Source of the DNA: a virus
IMG/VR virus record: IMGVR_UViG_3300017605_000635
Coordinates: 5,750-69,749 of that record
Direction: 5' to 3' (one strand)
Length of the DNA: 64,000 nucleotides
The translations under genes and the position numbers were made by a program. Shown here piece after piece: positions 1-10,391 of the stretch. Within the stretch, counting starts at the first letter, position 1, and the number at the start of each line of letters is the position of its first letter. A model generated the notes under the pieces. It saw nothing but the letters and a program-made list of their open reading frames with translations, was not told where the DNA came from and made no database searches.

Positions 1-2
1 CC

Positions 3-194
3 GAGTATAAAGAGTTGTCTGACGCCGAGTTGGAACAGCGTGCGCTCCAAGTCCTCGAACGTGTTCGCCAACGTCAGTTGGCGCTCGCAACAAAGCAGTT
101 AGCCGCTGCGCAAGACCAGAATGAACGAACGGATGAGAATGCTTCTCCAGATACCCTGGAGGAGGGTTCCTCGACTCCGTATCGTGAACATTGA
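3..194 (+). CDS. Probable terminase small subunit, C-terminal part (5' truncated by window)
   Basis: Open frame from base 3 (EYKELSDAELEQRALQVLE...) to TGA at 192-194, overlapping the TerL start; 'LSDAELE' is typical of TerS C-termini. Confidence 0.6.
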   Translation, partial: EYKELSDAELEQRALQVLERVRQRQLALATKQLAAAQDQNERTDENASPDTLEEGSSTPYREH

Positions 195-1689
195 TCAAAT
201 AGCCGACGCTGAAGAAGCGTTTGACTTTGCTTCGGACCTCGAAGAACTCGAACATATCGAGGCGGAGCTTGCGCGCCGCAATCTTTTCCTGTTCATCCAA
301 AAGACCTGGCACGTTGTCGAGCCCAAGAAGGAGTTCATCTCCAATTGGCACATCGAGGAGATGTGTCACCAGTTGGAACGTGTAACCAAGGGAGAGACCT
401 CCCGGCTCATCGTCAATGTTCCTCCAGGCACGATGAAGACGTTGTTGATCCTCGTCTTCTGGCCGGCATGGGAATGGGCGTCTGATCCTTCCCTCCGTTA
501 CCTCACCGCGTCATATGCCGCCTCTCGAACGATAGACGCCAACCAGAAGGTTCGCGACATCGTCAACTCTCCTTGGTATCAGAAGCATTACCCGGAGGTC
601 AAGTTCACTTCCGACCAGAATGCTAAGGAGTTGTTCAAGACCGATCAGAAGGGGGAACGGCGTGCGACCTCGGTCGGGGGAGAAGGAACGGGTATCCATC
701 CAGACCGGATCATCATCGACGACCCGATCACCGCTGACGATGCGCGGTCTGACGAAGTCCGGAAGGGCGTCAACGATTGGTTCGATCAAACGCTCTCGAT
801 TCGTGGGGCGATCAGGAAGACCAAGATCATCCTTGTCATGCAGCGGCTGCACAAGGAAGACCTTACTGGCCATATCCTAAGCAAGCACTGGAACACCCCA
901 GGGCTCTGGCTACACGTCCGATGGCCGATGCGTTACGTGCCAAGCCGACCACCCAGCGAACAGGAGCCTGAGGGGTTCGTCGCTGACCCTCTCGACCCTC
1001 GGACGGAGCCCGGACAACTCCTGTGGCCGGAGGCGTTCACCGAGGAGATGGTGCGCAACCTGGAGTTGACCCTCGGTCCTTACGGAACGGCCGGACAGCT
1101 GCAGCAGCAACCCTCGCCTGAGGGAGGCGGTCTCTTCAAGCGTGCGTGGTTCGGTATCGTGGATATGGTCCCCAAGGGGAAGGTTGTACGACGGTGCAGA
1201 GGGTGGGATACAGCGGCCACCGAAGGCTCCGGCGACTGGACCTGTGGTGTCCTCCTCGCGGAGGTCGACGGGGTTGTGTACGTCGAGGATGTCGTGTATG
1301 ACCAGTTGGGCCCGGCAGGTGTCGACGAACTGTTCAGGAACACAGCCAAAGCGGACGGGCGGATGACGATGCAGCGGGAGGAGAAGGAGCCGGCAGCGTC
1401 TGGAGTTGCGGTCATCCATGCGCGTGCTCGGCTCCTTCGAGGTTATGACTACGCGGGGGTGACGGTCTCCAAGGACAAGGTCACCCGGGCTCGACCCTTC
1501 CGGGCGCAGGCCGAAGCACGCAACGTCTTCCTCAAACGGGCTCCGTGGAACAACATGTACCTCTCTGCCCTCGTGGACTTCCCAACTGGGACGATGAATC
1601 ATCCGGTCGACGGTTCCTCCTGTGCGTATAACGCGATTGTTGAGGAGCCAATGCCCGTTTCCGCCACGTGGGGTAAGAAGTCCGCATGA
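184..1689 (+). CDS. terL: Terminase large subunit
   Basis: Walker A-like NVPPGTMKT, Walker B IIIDDP, VMQRLHKEDL, nuclease RGWDTAAT. Start is probably GTG 184 (ORF open from 121). Confidence 0.95.
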   Translation: MNIDQIADAEEAFDFASDLEELEHIEAELARRNLFLFIQKTWHVVEPKKEFISNWHIEEMCHQLERVTKGETSRLIVNVPPGTMKTLLILVFWPAWEWASDPSLRYLTASYAASRTIDANQKVRDIVNSPWYQKHYPEVKFTSDQNAKELFKTDQKGERRATSVGGEGTGIHPDRIIIDDPITADDARSDEVRKGVNDWFDQTLSIRGAIRKTKIILVMQRLHKEDLTGHILSKHWNTPGLWLHVRWPMRYVPSRPPSEQEPEGFVADPLDPRTEPGQLLWPEAFTEEMVRNLELTLGPYGTAGQLQQQPSPEGGGLFKRAWFGIVDMVPKGKVVRRCRGWDTAATEGSGDWTCGVLLAEVDGVVYVEDVVYDQLGPAGVDELFRNTAKADGRMTMQREEKEPAASGVAVIHARARLLRGYDYAGVTVSKDKVTRARPFRAQAEARNVFLKRAPWNNMYLSALVDFPTGTMNHPVDGSSCAYNAIVEEPMPVSATWGKKSA

Positions 1690-3182
1690 CTCCAATTACC
1701 AAAAGCGGCGTTTCTCTATCGCCCCAAGACATGCGGCAGATGCTTCGGGTGGCGGAGTCTATTCTCCTCTCTCGGGCCCAATTGGCCGGAGATGGGAAGA
1801 CCTTCCAAGGCAACCGCGACATGTACATCACGCTGGGCTACCGGCGTGATCTTCTCTTCGAGCACTATGTCGCTCGGTTCAAGCGCGATGGGCTGGCCCG
1901 TCGAGTGGTCAAGGCGATTGCCGATGCGACGTGGAGGGGTGTTGGCGGAGAGTTAGTCGAGAACGAAGACCCCAACGTGGTGACGCCCTTCGAGGCGGCA
2001 TGGTTCGAGTTGAGTGACCGGCTCAAGGTTTGGAACGTCTTCCGTCGAGCCGACATCCTCGCGGGTCTCGGTCGTTACGCCGTCATCCTGATTGGAGCCC
2101 CAGGCGACTTAGAGAAAGAACTCCCACCCACGATGAAGCCGGAGGACATCTTCTTCCTCGAACCCTACGCAGAGCCGTTTGCGGTCATTTCGAAGTATGA
2201 GGACAACGTCCAGAACCCGAGGTATGGGAAGCCGACCGAGTACAACGTCAGCCTCGTGGCCCCCAATAACAAGGTTGGCGCCGGGAACGTCGTTCCAACG
2301 GTCTCAAAGCCGGTCCATCACTCGCGGATCATCCACATCGCTGATGGGTTGGAGAACGTCGTGTTGGGGTCTCCGAGGCTTGAACCCTCGTGGAACTACT
2401 TTGACGACTTGGACAAGGTCCGAGGTGGAGGAGCCGAGGCGTTCTGGCAGATGGCGAATCCCGCAATGCAATGGGACCTCGACCCGACAGTGACGTTCCA
2501 AGAGGGAGAAGAGGACGCGCTGGATGAAGAGGTCGAGAGCTTGATGGACGGGATGAAGCGCCATATCAAGACGCGTGGGCTCAAAGGAACAAAGTTCGCG
2601 TCTGACCCGGCCAACTTTGATAAGAACCTCGACGCGCTCATCTCTCTTATTGCTGCGAGTTCGGAGATACCCCAACGTATCCTCATGGGCTCGGAGCGTG
2701 GTAACCTCGCCTCCGAGGAGGATAGGAACAACTGGGCAGAACGGGTCCAGGACCGTCGGCAAGAGTTCGGTGGCCCCATCTGTGTTAAGCCGTTCGTCGA
2801 CAATGTGCTCATCGCTCGAAAGGTTCTCCCCAAGCCGACGCAGTATGAGGTCAGTTGGCCGACCCAACACGATGCGTCGGACGAGGAGAAGGTCAAGCTT
2901 GCCCTCGCCATGTCCCAGACGAACCAAGCCAATGCGGCTGCGGGCGCTGGCGTCGTCTTCGCTGGGGACGAGATACGTGACCGAAGCTTCGGGATGGACC
3001 CATTGGACCCAAAGGTCCAGGCGGAGATTGACGCACGGAAGCAAGAAGAGAACGCGGCCAAGGCTCCGGTCGTCGACCCGAATAAAGACCGCGTGGCCGC
3101 TGAGAAACGGCGGTATGCCCTCGTGGTGAGCGTCAAGAGGCGAACATGGTTGAGGAACAATCGGAGGGCAACAGCAGTATGA
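1686..3182 (+). CDS. Portal protein (DUF1073-like)
   Basis: Follows TerL; VHHSRIIH, IPQRILMGSERGNLAS motifs; 498 aa. Confidence 0.85.
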   Translation: MTPITKSGVSLSPQDMRQMLRVAESILLSRAQLAGDGKTFQGNRDMYITLGYRRDLLFEHYVARFKRDGLARRVVKAIADATWRGVGGELVENEDPNVVTPFEAAWFELSDRLKVWNVFRRADILAGLGRYAVILIGAPGDLEKELPPTMKPEDIFFLEPYAEPFAVISKYEDNVQNPRYGKPTEYNVSLVAPNNKVGAGNVVPTVSKPVHHSRIIHIADGLENVVLGSPRLEPSWNYFDDLDKVRGGGAEAFWQMANPAMQWDLDPTVTFQEGEEDALDEEVESLMDGMKRHIKTRGLKGTKFASDPANFDKNLDALISLIAASSEIPQRILMGSERGNLASEEDRNNWAERVQDRRQEFGGPICVKPFVDNVLIARKVLPKPTQYEVSWPTQHDASDEEKVKLALAMSQTNQANAAAGAGVVFAGDEIRDRSFGMDPLDPKVQAEIDARKQEENAAKAPVVDPNKDRVAAEKRRYALVVSVKRRTWLRNNRRATAV

Positions 3183-3598
3183 ACCTCCGCATCGAACACC
3201 ACCACTATCTGCACTATGACCCTCCAATGCTTCGGAAGGTGCTTGAGGAAGTCTTGGAGACCAAACATCTCACTCAAGCACTAGGGAGACAACTGATGTC
3301 GGCAAAAGACGATTTGGCTGCGGCCATTGCGCAGGTGAACGAGAACACGAACGAGATGGCGGCATCCCTCGAAGAGGGCCAGACGGAGACCGCGCGCATT
3401 GGAACGCTCCTCCAGAGTCTCATCGACCAGTTGGCGAGCGCCAAGGACGGTCTGACGAAGGAAGAGGCAGCGGACATGCTGACCCAATTGCAGTCGGCTC
3501 GGGACTCCCAGCAGACGGTCGAGGACAAGCAGCGTGCGCTCGTGGAAGCGCTGAAGGCCACCGGAGCCGACGGCACGATCACGCCGGTCAATCTGTAG
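3179..3598 (+). CDS. Coiled-coil hypothetical protein
   Basis: ATGA overlap with portal stop, SD GGAGG, heptad Ala/Leu/Gln-rich sequence. Confidence 0.7.
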   Translation: MNLRIEHHHYLHYDPPMLRKVLEEVLETKHLTQALGRQLMSAKDDLAAAIAQVNENTNEMAASLEEGQTETARIGTLLQSLIDQLASAKDGLTKEEAADMLTQLQSARDSQQTVEDKQRALVEALKATGADGTITPVNL

Positions 3599-4008
3599 GC
3601 CATCGAGAGCCCCGCATATGGAATACACAAAGCCGTGCCCACGTGCGGGGCTCAAACACTGTACGGGAGTCATTCGAGCGTCCAAGGCTTCAGAGTTACG
3701 AGTCCGACAATCATGTTGCCGAGGGTGTTCCAACGCGGGTCGCATGGGGACTCCGCCCGAAATTGGAATTGTCTCGATGGTGGAACCGGTCGTCGTGGGG
3801 CTCCCTCCAATTACTCCCATGGCCCCGTTGCCGTGGCTCCTCGAACGGGTGCGGAGAGCGAGTCGGAAGCTCAACGTGATCCAACAGGATGTCCATCGTC
3901 GACACGCGGGTGGAAATTCTTCGTGGTGGGAATGCTCTCATACGCAGTGTGTAGCGGCTCGACTCGTTTGTAGTGAACTCGAAGTTAACATTGTCGAAGA
4001 GGAATCAC

Positions 4009-4515
4009 ATGAAGAACGTGCTACTGATCATCGGACTTCTGCTGTCGCCTAGCCTCGTACAGGCGCAGACGATTGATTGTGACGCTCCGGCGCCAACCGT
4101 TCCGACGAACATCACGACTGGTCGACCCTACACCGTTGCCTATTGCATTCCGTCGACCGTGACGATCACCAATCCCGACTCGACGACCGATGTCGTACAG
4201 AACCGGGTGGACGGCTACTTCACGAAGCTCGATACCAACGCGGAGGTGAACCTCCCGGTCTCCCAAGTCACGACCGGCACCCCGTCTCCGACGTTGAAAT
4301 TGATCCCGGTCTCGTTCCGAACGTCCTCGGGCGTTGCGAAGGGCAACCACCAGATAGCCGTTCAGGCCTACAACTTTCCGCTCAACCCCGATGGAACGCC
4401 CAATACAACGGGCACTCCCCAGAGAGCGGCAGCGGTAGTGATCCCTTTCGTCGCAACTGACGCGGTGCTAACCGGAGCCCCACCGCCCGTTCAGAAAGGC
4501 CGGATCATCCGGTGA
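4009..4515 (+). CDS. Exported protein with signal peptide
   Basis: MKNVLLIIGLLLSPSLVQA|Q signal peptide, SD GAGGA; beta/Thr/Pro-rich. Confidence 0.75.
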   Translation: MKNVLLIIGLLLSPSLVQAQTIDCDAPAPTVPTNITTGRPYTVAYCIPSTVTITNPDSTTDVVQNRVDGYFTKLDTNAEVNLPVSQVTTGTPSPTLKLIPVSFRTSSGVAKGNHQIAVQAYNFPLNPDGTPNTTGTPQRAAAVVIPFVATDAVLTGAPPPVQKGRIIR

Positions 4516-5123
4516 GACGGCTCCTCCTCGTCTTGTGGGTCGTCTGGGTGGCCGGGTGCGCGTCTACGCCTCCGGTGACCCAGGGCCCAACCAGCGACCC
4601 AGCCCGAGTTGCGGATGGCTTCCGGGTGACGCCGATGGAGTCTCAGTTGGAACATGGTCGGCTGCACGGTGGCGCGGCTTCGGACCAAGTTGCGCGGGTG
4701 AACCTTACGGTCGGAGGGGTGACGGTTACACAGACGGTTCCCGCCAATACACCGCTTGCCATCGAGTTCGATAGCCAGGATACGAGGTGGGTCGGGCTCC
4801 CAGCGGCTGATCGTTGGTATCTCGTAAAGCTCGATGGGGTCCAACAAGCGCACGCGGGGGTGCTCGTGGAAACGTCTCCCGCCCATTTTCGAACGCCAAC
4901 GAATGCGTATGTGTTCCCTCCGGGCTCCCATACGGCGGAGGTCTCCCTCGTGTATCCGGCATCCCAGGTCGTCGAGTGTGCACCGGGAACCCCGGGATGC
5001 GATAACAGTTGCACGGTCGGCCAGGATTGTTACGGCCAACCCACTCCGGTCTCGGTCCAGGCGACCTCCGCCGTGTTGACTGGGGCTCCGCCCTCGGTTA
5101 CCAATGGGCAGGTGGTCCGGTAG
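4512..5123 (+). CDS. Putative lipoprotein, paralogous C-terminus to the upstream gene
   Basis: MRRLLLVLWVVWVAG|C lipobox; ends AVLTGAPPSVTNGQVVR. Confidence 0.7.
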   Translation: MRRLLLVLWVVWVAGCASTPPVTQGPTSDPARVADGFRVTPMESQLEHGRLHGGAASDQVARVNLTVGGVTVTQTVPANTPLAIEFDSQDTRWVGLPAADRWYLVKLDGVQQAHAGVLVETSPAHFRTPTNAYVFPPGSHTAEVSLVYPASQVVECAPGTPGCDNSCTVGQDCYGQPTPVSVQATSAVLTGAPPSVTNGQVVR

Positions 5124-6668
5124 ATGGCGATTGACGTTCTGCAATTCACCGGCGCAACGAGGTCGGGGAGCGGAGCTACTCAGGCGTTAGCCTTTGTGAG
5201 TAACGTAACGGCCGGGAACCGTCTCGTGGTTTGTGTTGCGCGGTTTCAAGGCGGAGCCGGTGATGGAACGGTTACGGACTCCCAAGGCAATACGTATACC
5301 AAACATATCAGCGAGGTCACTTCCGCGAATCAAACCTCTCAGATATGGAGTGCTATTGCCGGGGCGTCGGGCGCGTGTACCGTGACGTTGACTCCGCCCT
5401 CGGCTACTCGGATGGCGATGGGGATTGCCGAGGTCTCGGGAACGGTCTCGGTCGGGAATACGGTTCACGAGGCAGGCGGAGGCTCGGCAACGATCACTCC
5501 GGGCCAAATCACCGTCGCGCATAACGCAATTCTTTTCGCCACGCTTCGAAAGTCGACGAGTGCAACGATCAACTGTCAGACCGGGTGGACACAGATTTAC
5601 GAGGACGAGTCGAGCACCAACGTTTGTAACAATAGCATGTACATGTTAACACCTGTTGGGGATACACCGCTATGGGGCGTGTCCGCTGCAGACGCGGGGC
5701 ATACCTGCGTGGGGGTGGCCTTCGAGAGTAACGACGTTACGCCGACGTTGCCCTTGACGGGTCTTACGGCCCACTATCGGGCGCAGGTGACCACGGAACT
5801 TTTCAAGACATTTGATAGTAGTGGCATTCATACGGGAACTCCTGTTGATGGAGATGCGGTCCAAGTTTGGGATAATTTCGCAGGCACTGGGAGTCTTACC
5901 CAGATGCTGCGTTATCATTCTAGCACGACCACGTCTCCTCTCTTCCGGAGTACAACCCCGTTGATGCTCCATAGCTGTCTCGATTTCAACGGCTCCCGTC
6001 GGCAAAGCACGTTTAACCAGACAGCCGGAGCGACACGCGTTCTTAGTAGTTACATTAACAACAACGCGTTCACGCTCATTGTCGCCGTCTACCCGCAGGG
6101 GATCACGACAACCAACGCGAACGTCTACAACACGGAGCCTGTGATCGCAGACGTAGGCCAGTTCTGGGGGTTGTTCTTCCGCCTCGTCTCCGGGGTGCCG
6201 AAGGTTGCTGGGTACAATTGGGACGGAACCGAAGACGTGATCACGATGACGATCACGACCGGGCATACGTGGATTGTCGTCTTCCAACATACCGGGGGCA
6301 ACCTCAAGCTTTCGTTGATTGATGAGAACGGCGTAGAGACCTCGGCGACAAACGTTGCAAGCGGGAACACGACGACGCTCACCAATCAGATTTCGCTCGG
6401 TCAAATATTGACGGCGTTCGGGAACTTTAGAATTGGGGAGTTTGCTATTTGGAATACGGACCTTTCTGGCGGATCAGACCTCGCAAACGCTAAGGCCTGG
6501 TTCAAAGATAATTGGTTGGACTTCTCAAAGGGAAAGCCGGTCAAACCGGGGGATAGTGGAGGAAAGAAAGATCCTCCAGGTCTATCTAAGAAGGACAACC
6601 CGAGAGGTCGAGAACGACGGGAACTACAGTCCAAACTCTCTCGACCCTATGACCCGTTCTTTGGATAG
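5124..6668 (+). CDS. Virion-associated protein with probable LamG/concanavalin-A-like domain
   Basis: Gly/Ser/Thr beta-rich; LTAHYRA, VQVWDNFAG, FRIGEFAIWNTDLS are LamG-type motifs. Confidence 0.6.
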   Translation: MAIDVLQFTGATRSGSGATQALAFVSNVTAGNRLVVCVARFQGGAGDGTVTDSQGNTYTKHISEVTSANQTSQIWSAIAGASGACTVTLTPPSATRMAMGIAEVSGTVSVGNTVHEAGGGSATITPGQITVAHNAILFATLRKSTSATINCQTGWTQIYEDESSTNVCNNSMYMLTPVGDTPLWGVSAADAGHTCVGVAFESNDVTPTLPLTGLTAHYRAQVTTELFKTFDSSGIHTGTPVDGDAVQVWDNFAGTGSLTQMLRYHSSTTTSPLFRSTTPLMLHSCLDFNGSRRQSTFNQTAGATRVLSSYINNNAFTLIVAVYPQGITTTNANVYNTEPVIADVGQFWGLFFRLVSGVPKVAGYNWDGTEDVITMTITTGHTWIVVFQHTGGNLKLSLIDENGVETSATNVASGNTTTLTNQISLGQILTAFGNFRIGEFAIWNTDLSGGSDLANAKAWFKDNWLDFSKGKPVKPGDSGGKKDPPGLSKKDNPRGRERRELQSKLSRPYDPFFG

Positions 6669-6676
6669 GAGTCCCA

Positions 6677-7141
6677 GTGTCCGCTAACCGATGCCGTATC
6701 TACAAGGAGACCGAGATTGCATGTGCAGCCGCAACAACGGCAAAGACCATGCTTATGGTCACGGCTGCGGCGAATATTGCGTTGACCATCCTTGATTGGT
6801 GCATCTCGTTCGACGGTACATCCTCGACAGGTGAACCCATCCTCGTGGAGTTGGCGAAGTTCACGAGCAACGGAACATCGACCGGTAGTGCACGTGTCTC
6901 AAAGGTCAATGGACGGTCGGAGACGCCGCAGTTCACGACAGGATACAACTTCACCGCAGAGCCCTCGATTGATAACGATAACATCTGGGACGTGCAGGAA
7001 ATCCATCCACAGACGGGTGTTGAGTTCCGGTTCCCGGTGGACTTCATTCTCGCAGGGTCAGAACGTCTTGGTATCCGGGTCACCATCCCCTCGGGCGGCA
7101 CGGTCGTGAACTGTCGTCCTCGGATGACGGTCGAGGAGTAA
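6677..7141 (+). CDS. Hypothetical structural protein (beta-rich)
   Basis: SD AGGAG, GTG start, tightly packed in the operon. Confidence 0.65.
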   Translation: MSANRCRIYKETEIACAAATTAKTMLMVTAAANIALTILDWCISFDGTSSTGEPILVELAKFTSNGTSTGSARVSKVNGRSETPQFTTGYNFTAEPSIDNDNIWDVQEIHPQTGVEFRFPVDFILAGSERLGIRVTIPSGGTVVNCRPRMTVEE

Positions 7142-8047
7142 ATGCCCAGTCCTGGTTACGGTACACGGCGACTTTCGAAACGATGGGGGCCCATCGCGGG
7201 AGCCCTTGTCATCATTTCGATGTCGGCGGAGGCTGGCGCCTATACATTCACCGGGAGCAACGCCACTCTTCGCGTTACGCGGAAGATCACGGCCAACTCG
7301 GGCTCCTACACCCTTACGGGCTCCTCGACAGGCCTACGGGTGTCAAGGCGCGTGGCGGCCAACTCGGGCTCCTACACCCTTACGGGCTCCGCCTCGGGGC
7401 TGCGGGTGAGCCGGAAGGTCTCGGCGGGAGCCGGGAGCTATACACTGATCGGGTCGACCGTCGAGTTCACGCGGTCTGGCCGGTTGATTGCCTCTTCGGG
7501 CTCCTACAATTTTGCAGGGTCGGATGTTCGGCTGCTTCGGTCGTATCGGCTTGTAGCGGAGGCGGGAGCCTACAACGCAACGGGTTCGAATGTATCCTTC
7601 CGGTTTGGCGTTACGCTCCAAGCGGCTCCGGGCTCTTACAGTGTGGCCGGGTCGGATGCCGACCTCTTGGTCCAGCGTCGACTTGGGGCGGAGAGCGGAG
7701 AATACACCCTCACCGGTCGACCTGTGAGCCTCATAGCAACCCGAGGGGTTCAAGCCGGAGCCGGAGCCTATCTCCTCACCGGTTCAGATGCGGGATTGGT
7801 GCACAATCAGCGACTCGACGCAGAACCGGGAGCGTATCTCTTCACCGGTCCCGACATCGTCATCGAGATTGGATGGCCTCCCGTTCCTGTTGTGGTCGTG
7901 GTTCCCCCGTCAGATACGGTAGTCATAACGGCTCCCTCGGAAACGCTTGATGTTGTACCTCCTGCCGACGATACGACCGTCCAGGCTCCTGCGGACGATA
8001 CGACCGTGCTTGCGGAGGAAGAGTCTTTGACCATCGTCGCAGAGTAA
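7142..8047 (+). CDS. Repetitive fibre/adhesin-like protein (about 22-aa repeats A..GSY.LTG)
   Basis: About ten imperfect repeats in translation; acidic PADDTT repeats at C-terminus. Confidence 0.7.
   Translation: MPSPGYGTRRLSKRWGPIAGALVIISMSAEAGAYTFTGSNATLRVTRKITANSGSYTLTGSSTGLRVSRRVAANSGSYTLTGSASGLRVSRKVSAGAGSYTLIGSTVEFTRSGRLIASSGSYNFAGSDVRLLRSYRLVAEAGAYNATGSNVSFRFGVTLQAAPGSYSVAGSDADLLVQRRLGAESGEYTLTGRPVSLIATRGVQAGAGAYLLTGSDAGLVHNQRLDAEPGAYLFTGPDIVIEIGWPPVPVVVVVPPSDTVVITAPSETLDVVPPADDTTVQAPADDTTVLAEEESLTIVAE
7290..7390 (+). repeat. 35-bp direct repeat, period 66 bp, within the repeat protein
   Basis: cggccaactcgggctcctacacccttacgggctcc at 7290 and 7356. Confidence 0.9.
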
Positions 8048-8056
8048 AGGATCAAC

Positions 8057-8494
8057 ATGGCGTCTTTCAACAAATTCAACCAATTCATCGAGGACTTCGG
8101 CAATAAGGTCCACGACCTTGTTGGAACGGCCGGGAGCGGAGCCGACACGCTCAAGATTCTTTTGACCAACGCGACTCCCAACGCGGCCACATGGGCCGTG
8201 CGTGCGGATGCTTCGGAGTTGAGCACGGCAAACGGTTACACCTCGGGCGGAGTGAGTATCGCCAATGTCGGGTCGAGGTCGGGCGGAGTCCTGACGGTCG
8301 TCGGAACGGATGTCGTGATCACCGCCTCGGGCGGACAGATTGGACCGTTCCGGTATGCGGTGCTCTACAACGACACGCCCACGTCGCCTGCCGACCCGTT
8401 GATTGGCTGGTGGGATAAGGGCTCGGCGGTCACGCTCGACGACGGTGAGATTTTCACGGTGGACTTCGGCACGGAAGTCTTTACGCATCAATGA
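8057..8494 (+). CDS. Conserved phage structural protein (MASFNKFN...GPFRYAVLYNDT type)
   Basis: Recognisable phage family motifs; SD AAGGA. Confidence 0.7.
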   Translation: MASFNKFNQFIEDFGNKVHDLVGTAGSGADTLKILLTNATPNAATWAVRADASELSTANGYTSGGVSIANVGSRSGGVLTVVGTDVVITASGGQIGPFRYAVLYNDTPTSPADPLIGWWDKGSAVTLDDGEIFTVDFGTEVFTHQ

Positions 8495-8826
8495 GCACCG
8501 TTACCGTTTCACCGGGCGATCAGGTTACGAAGGACCCATTTGATTGGGTCGTCTACGTCTTCGACTGGGACACACTGTTGCCCACCTCGACGACGTTGGA
8601 CGACGTGGGGACTTTTACGATCACGGTTGCCGGGCTCTTGCCGGAAGACCCGATCACGTTGGAGTTGGACCAACAGACGCGGTTGACTGGGAATCGCAAG
8701 GTGCAGTTCCGGGTCAAGGGTGGAGCCGAGGACATCGTGTACAACGTCGCCCACGCGGTCTCGTTCAACTCGAACCCGGCACAGAAACGGGAAGAGAGTT
8801 TTAACATCTGGGTGACACAGAAATGA
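8491..8826 (+). CDS. Fibre-adaptor-like protein
   Basis: KDPFDWVVYVFDW motif resembles the KDP...DY..DW phage fibre adaptors. Confidence 0.55.
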   Translation: MSTVTVSPGDQVTKDPFDWVVYVFDWDTLLPTSTTLDDVGTFTITVAGLLPEDPITLELDQQTRLTGNRKVQFRVKGGAEDIVYNVAHAVSFNSNPAQKREESFNIWVTQK

Positions 8827-10391
8827 CCCAAGAGCTTCGCTACTTCACCGTCTTGGCCGAGACCTCGGGGGCACGGCTGGCGGTGTATCAGGGCTCCGAC
8901 CACTACGTCATCCCAGTGGTGATGTTGGTCGAGGGTGTAGTTAACGCGGCAAATGGCCCTGGGCCGGAGCTTGTCCTGGCGAGCGAATATGGTTCATGTC
9001 CCTCGGGATGGAACGGGAGACCGGTCTGCGGCGGACATCCGAAGATCAACGGAGAGTTCGTTTCCGCCAATTCTCCCTCGGTCCTCGAACGAGAATCGTT
9101 TGGACAAATTTTTAACGCGGAGGTTGACTCCGAAGAGCAGTTGGTCGGAGAAGCGTGGATCAACATCGCGGCCGCAGAGAAGAACGACGTTGGGATCAGC
9201 GTCCTTCGACGAATCAAGGAGAAGACGCCGATTGAAATCTCGGTCGGCGCCATGATCAGTCGGGAGAAGACCTCAGGCAAATACAAGGGAGCCAACTACG
9301 TCAGCATCTGGCGTGATCCGGTTCCCGATCACTTGGCCCTTCTCGAAGAGGGGTCAGAGGGGGCATGTAGCCTCAAGATGGGGTGCGGCGCATTGCGCGC
9401 AGCGGAGGGAGCAATGACCGAGAAGGAAACACCCGGGCTGCGAGAGCGGTTGTCCGCATTTCTCAAGAGCCTCGGGCTCAACGTCTCCCGCGAGGAGATG
9501 ACCAATGGGCAGATTGAGCAAGCACTCGACGCAGCTGCTCGGGCGAAAATCCCTGGGTATGGATGGATTGCCTCGTTCCAACCGTTCCAGAAGACGGTTG
9601 TATGCGTGGTAATGCCGGAAGACCGGATGTACCTCCTGCAGTATTCGTACAAGATTGCGCCTGACGGCACCGCTTCTCTCGGAGACGAGGGCACGGAGGT
9701 CGAGCCCGTCACGCGTTACGAGCCTGTTGCGGCCCAAGGGGTAAAGCCGCCAGCGGAAGACCGACCAACCCCAACAATAGCAGCCGCATCATGTGGCTGT
9801 GCCAAACAAGGAGAGAATGCAATGACGAAGGCGCAGCGCATTGACGCGCTCATCGCAGCTGGCCGGTTTGTGAAGAAGGATTCCGCGTGGTTGGAGCACG
9901 TGCCCGACGAACGGCTCACCGAACTCCTCCACGAGACGGCCACCGCTCCGGCTCCGGTCTCGGCTCCCCCGGCACCTCCCGCTGTGGCAGCGGCTCCGGC
10001 CCAGGCTCCGGCCCAGGCTCCGGCTCCGATTGCGGCTCCGGTGGCACCGGTGGCCCAGCCGGTGGCTGCGTCGGCTCGGACGGTCGAACAGGTCTTCGCG
10101 GAGGTCGGAGACCCGGTGGTCCGCGAGGAACTCAAGGCTGCGCACACGGCGATGGTGGCCGCTCGCACGGCCAAGATCACCGCGCTCAAGGCGACCAATC
10201 GCTGCAAGTTCTCCGATGAAGAACTCGGGAATTTCTCCGCAGCGCAGTTGGACCGTCTCCTCGAACTGTCGGCGGTGCCGGCTCCGGTTCCGTCGTATGC
10301 GGGTGCCTCAGGGGTTCCCGTCGTTGCCGCCTCGGACGACAATATCCCGGAGGCTCGGTCTATCACGGAAGCGTTCCCCCGGTCGGCGTAG
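8823..10391 (+). CDS. Prohead protease / scaffold fusion (DUF2213-like)
   Basis: WNGRPVCGGHP, IEISVG, PDHLALL, GACSLKMGCG; Pro/Ala-rich scaffold C-terminus; lies upstream of capsid genes. Confidence 0.8.
   Translation: MTQELRYFTVLAETSGARLAVYQGSDHYVIPVVMLVEGVVNAANGPGPELVLASEYGSCPSGWNGRPVCGGHPKINGEFVSANSPSVLERESFGQIFNAEVDSEEQLVGEAWINIAAAEKNDVGISVLRRIKEKTPIEISVGAMISREKTSGKYKGANYVSIWRDPVPDHLALLEEGSEGACSLKMGCGALRAAEGAMTEKETPGLRERLSAFLKSLGLNVSREEMTNGQIEQALDAAARAKIPGYGWIASFQPFQKTVVCVVMPEDRMYLLQYSYKIAPDGTASLGDEGTEVEPVTRYEPVAAQGVKPPAEDRPTPTIAAASCGCAKQGENAMTKAQRIDALIAAGRFVKKDSAWLEHVPDERLTELLHETATAPAPVSAPPAPPAVAAAPAQAPAQAPAPIAAPVAPVAQPVAASARTVEQVFAEVGDPVVREELKAAHTAMVAARTAKITALKATNRCKFSDEELGNFSAAQLDRLLELSAVPAPVPSYAGASGVPVVAASDDNIPEARSITEAFPRSA

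Noticed and set aside
3599-4008. Gene call between the coiled-coil and secreted genes
   Set aside because: Three overlapping ORFs with no recognisable motif or clear RBS; the real frame cannot be chosen
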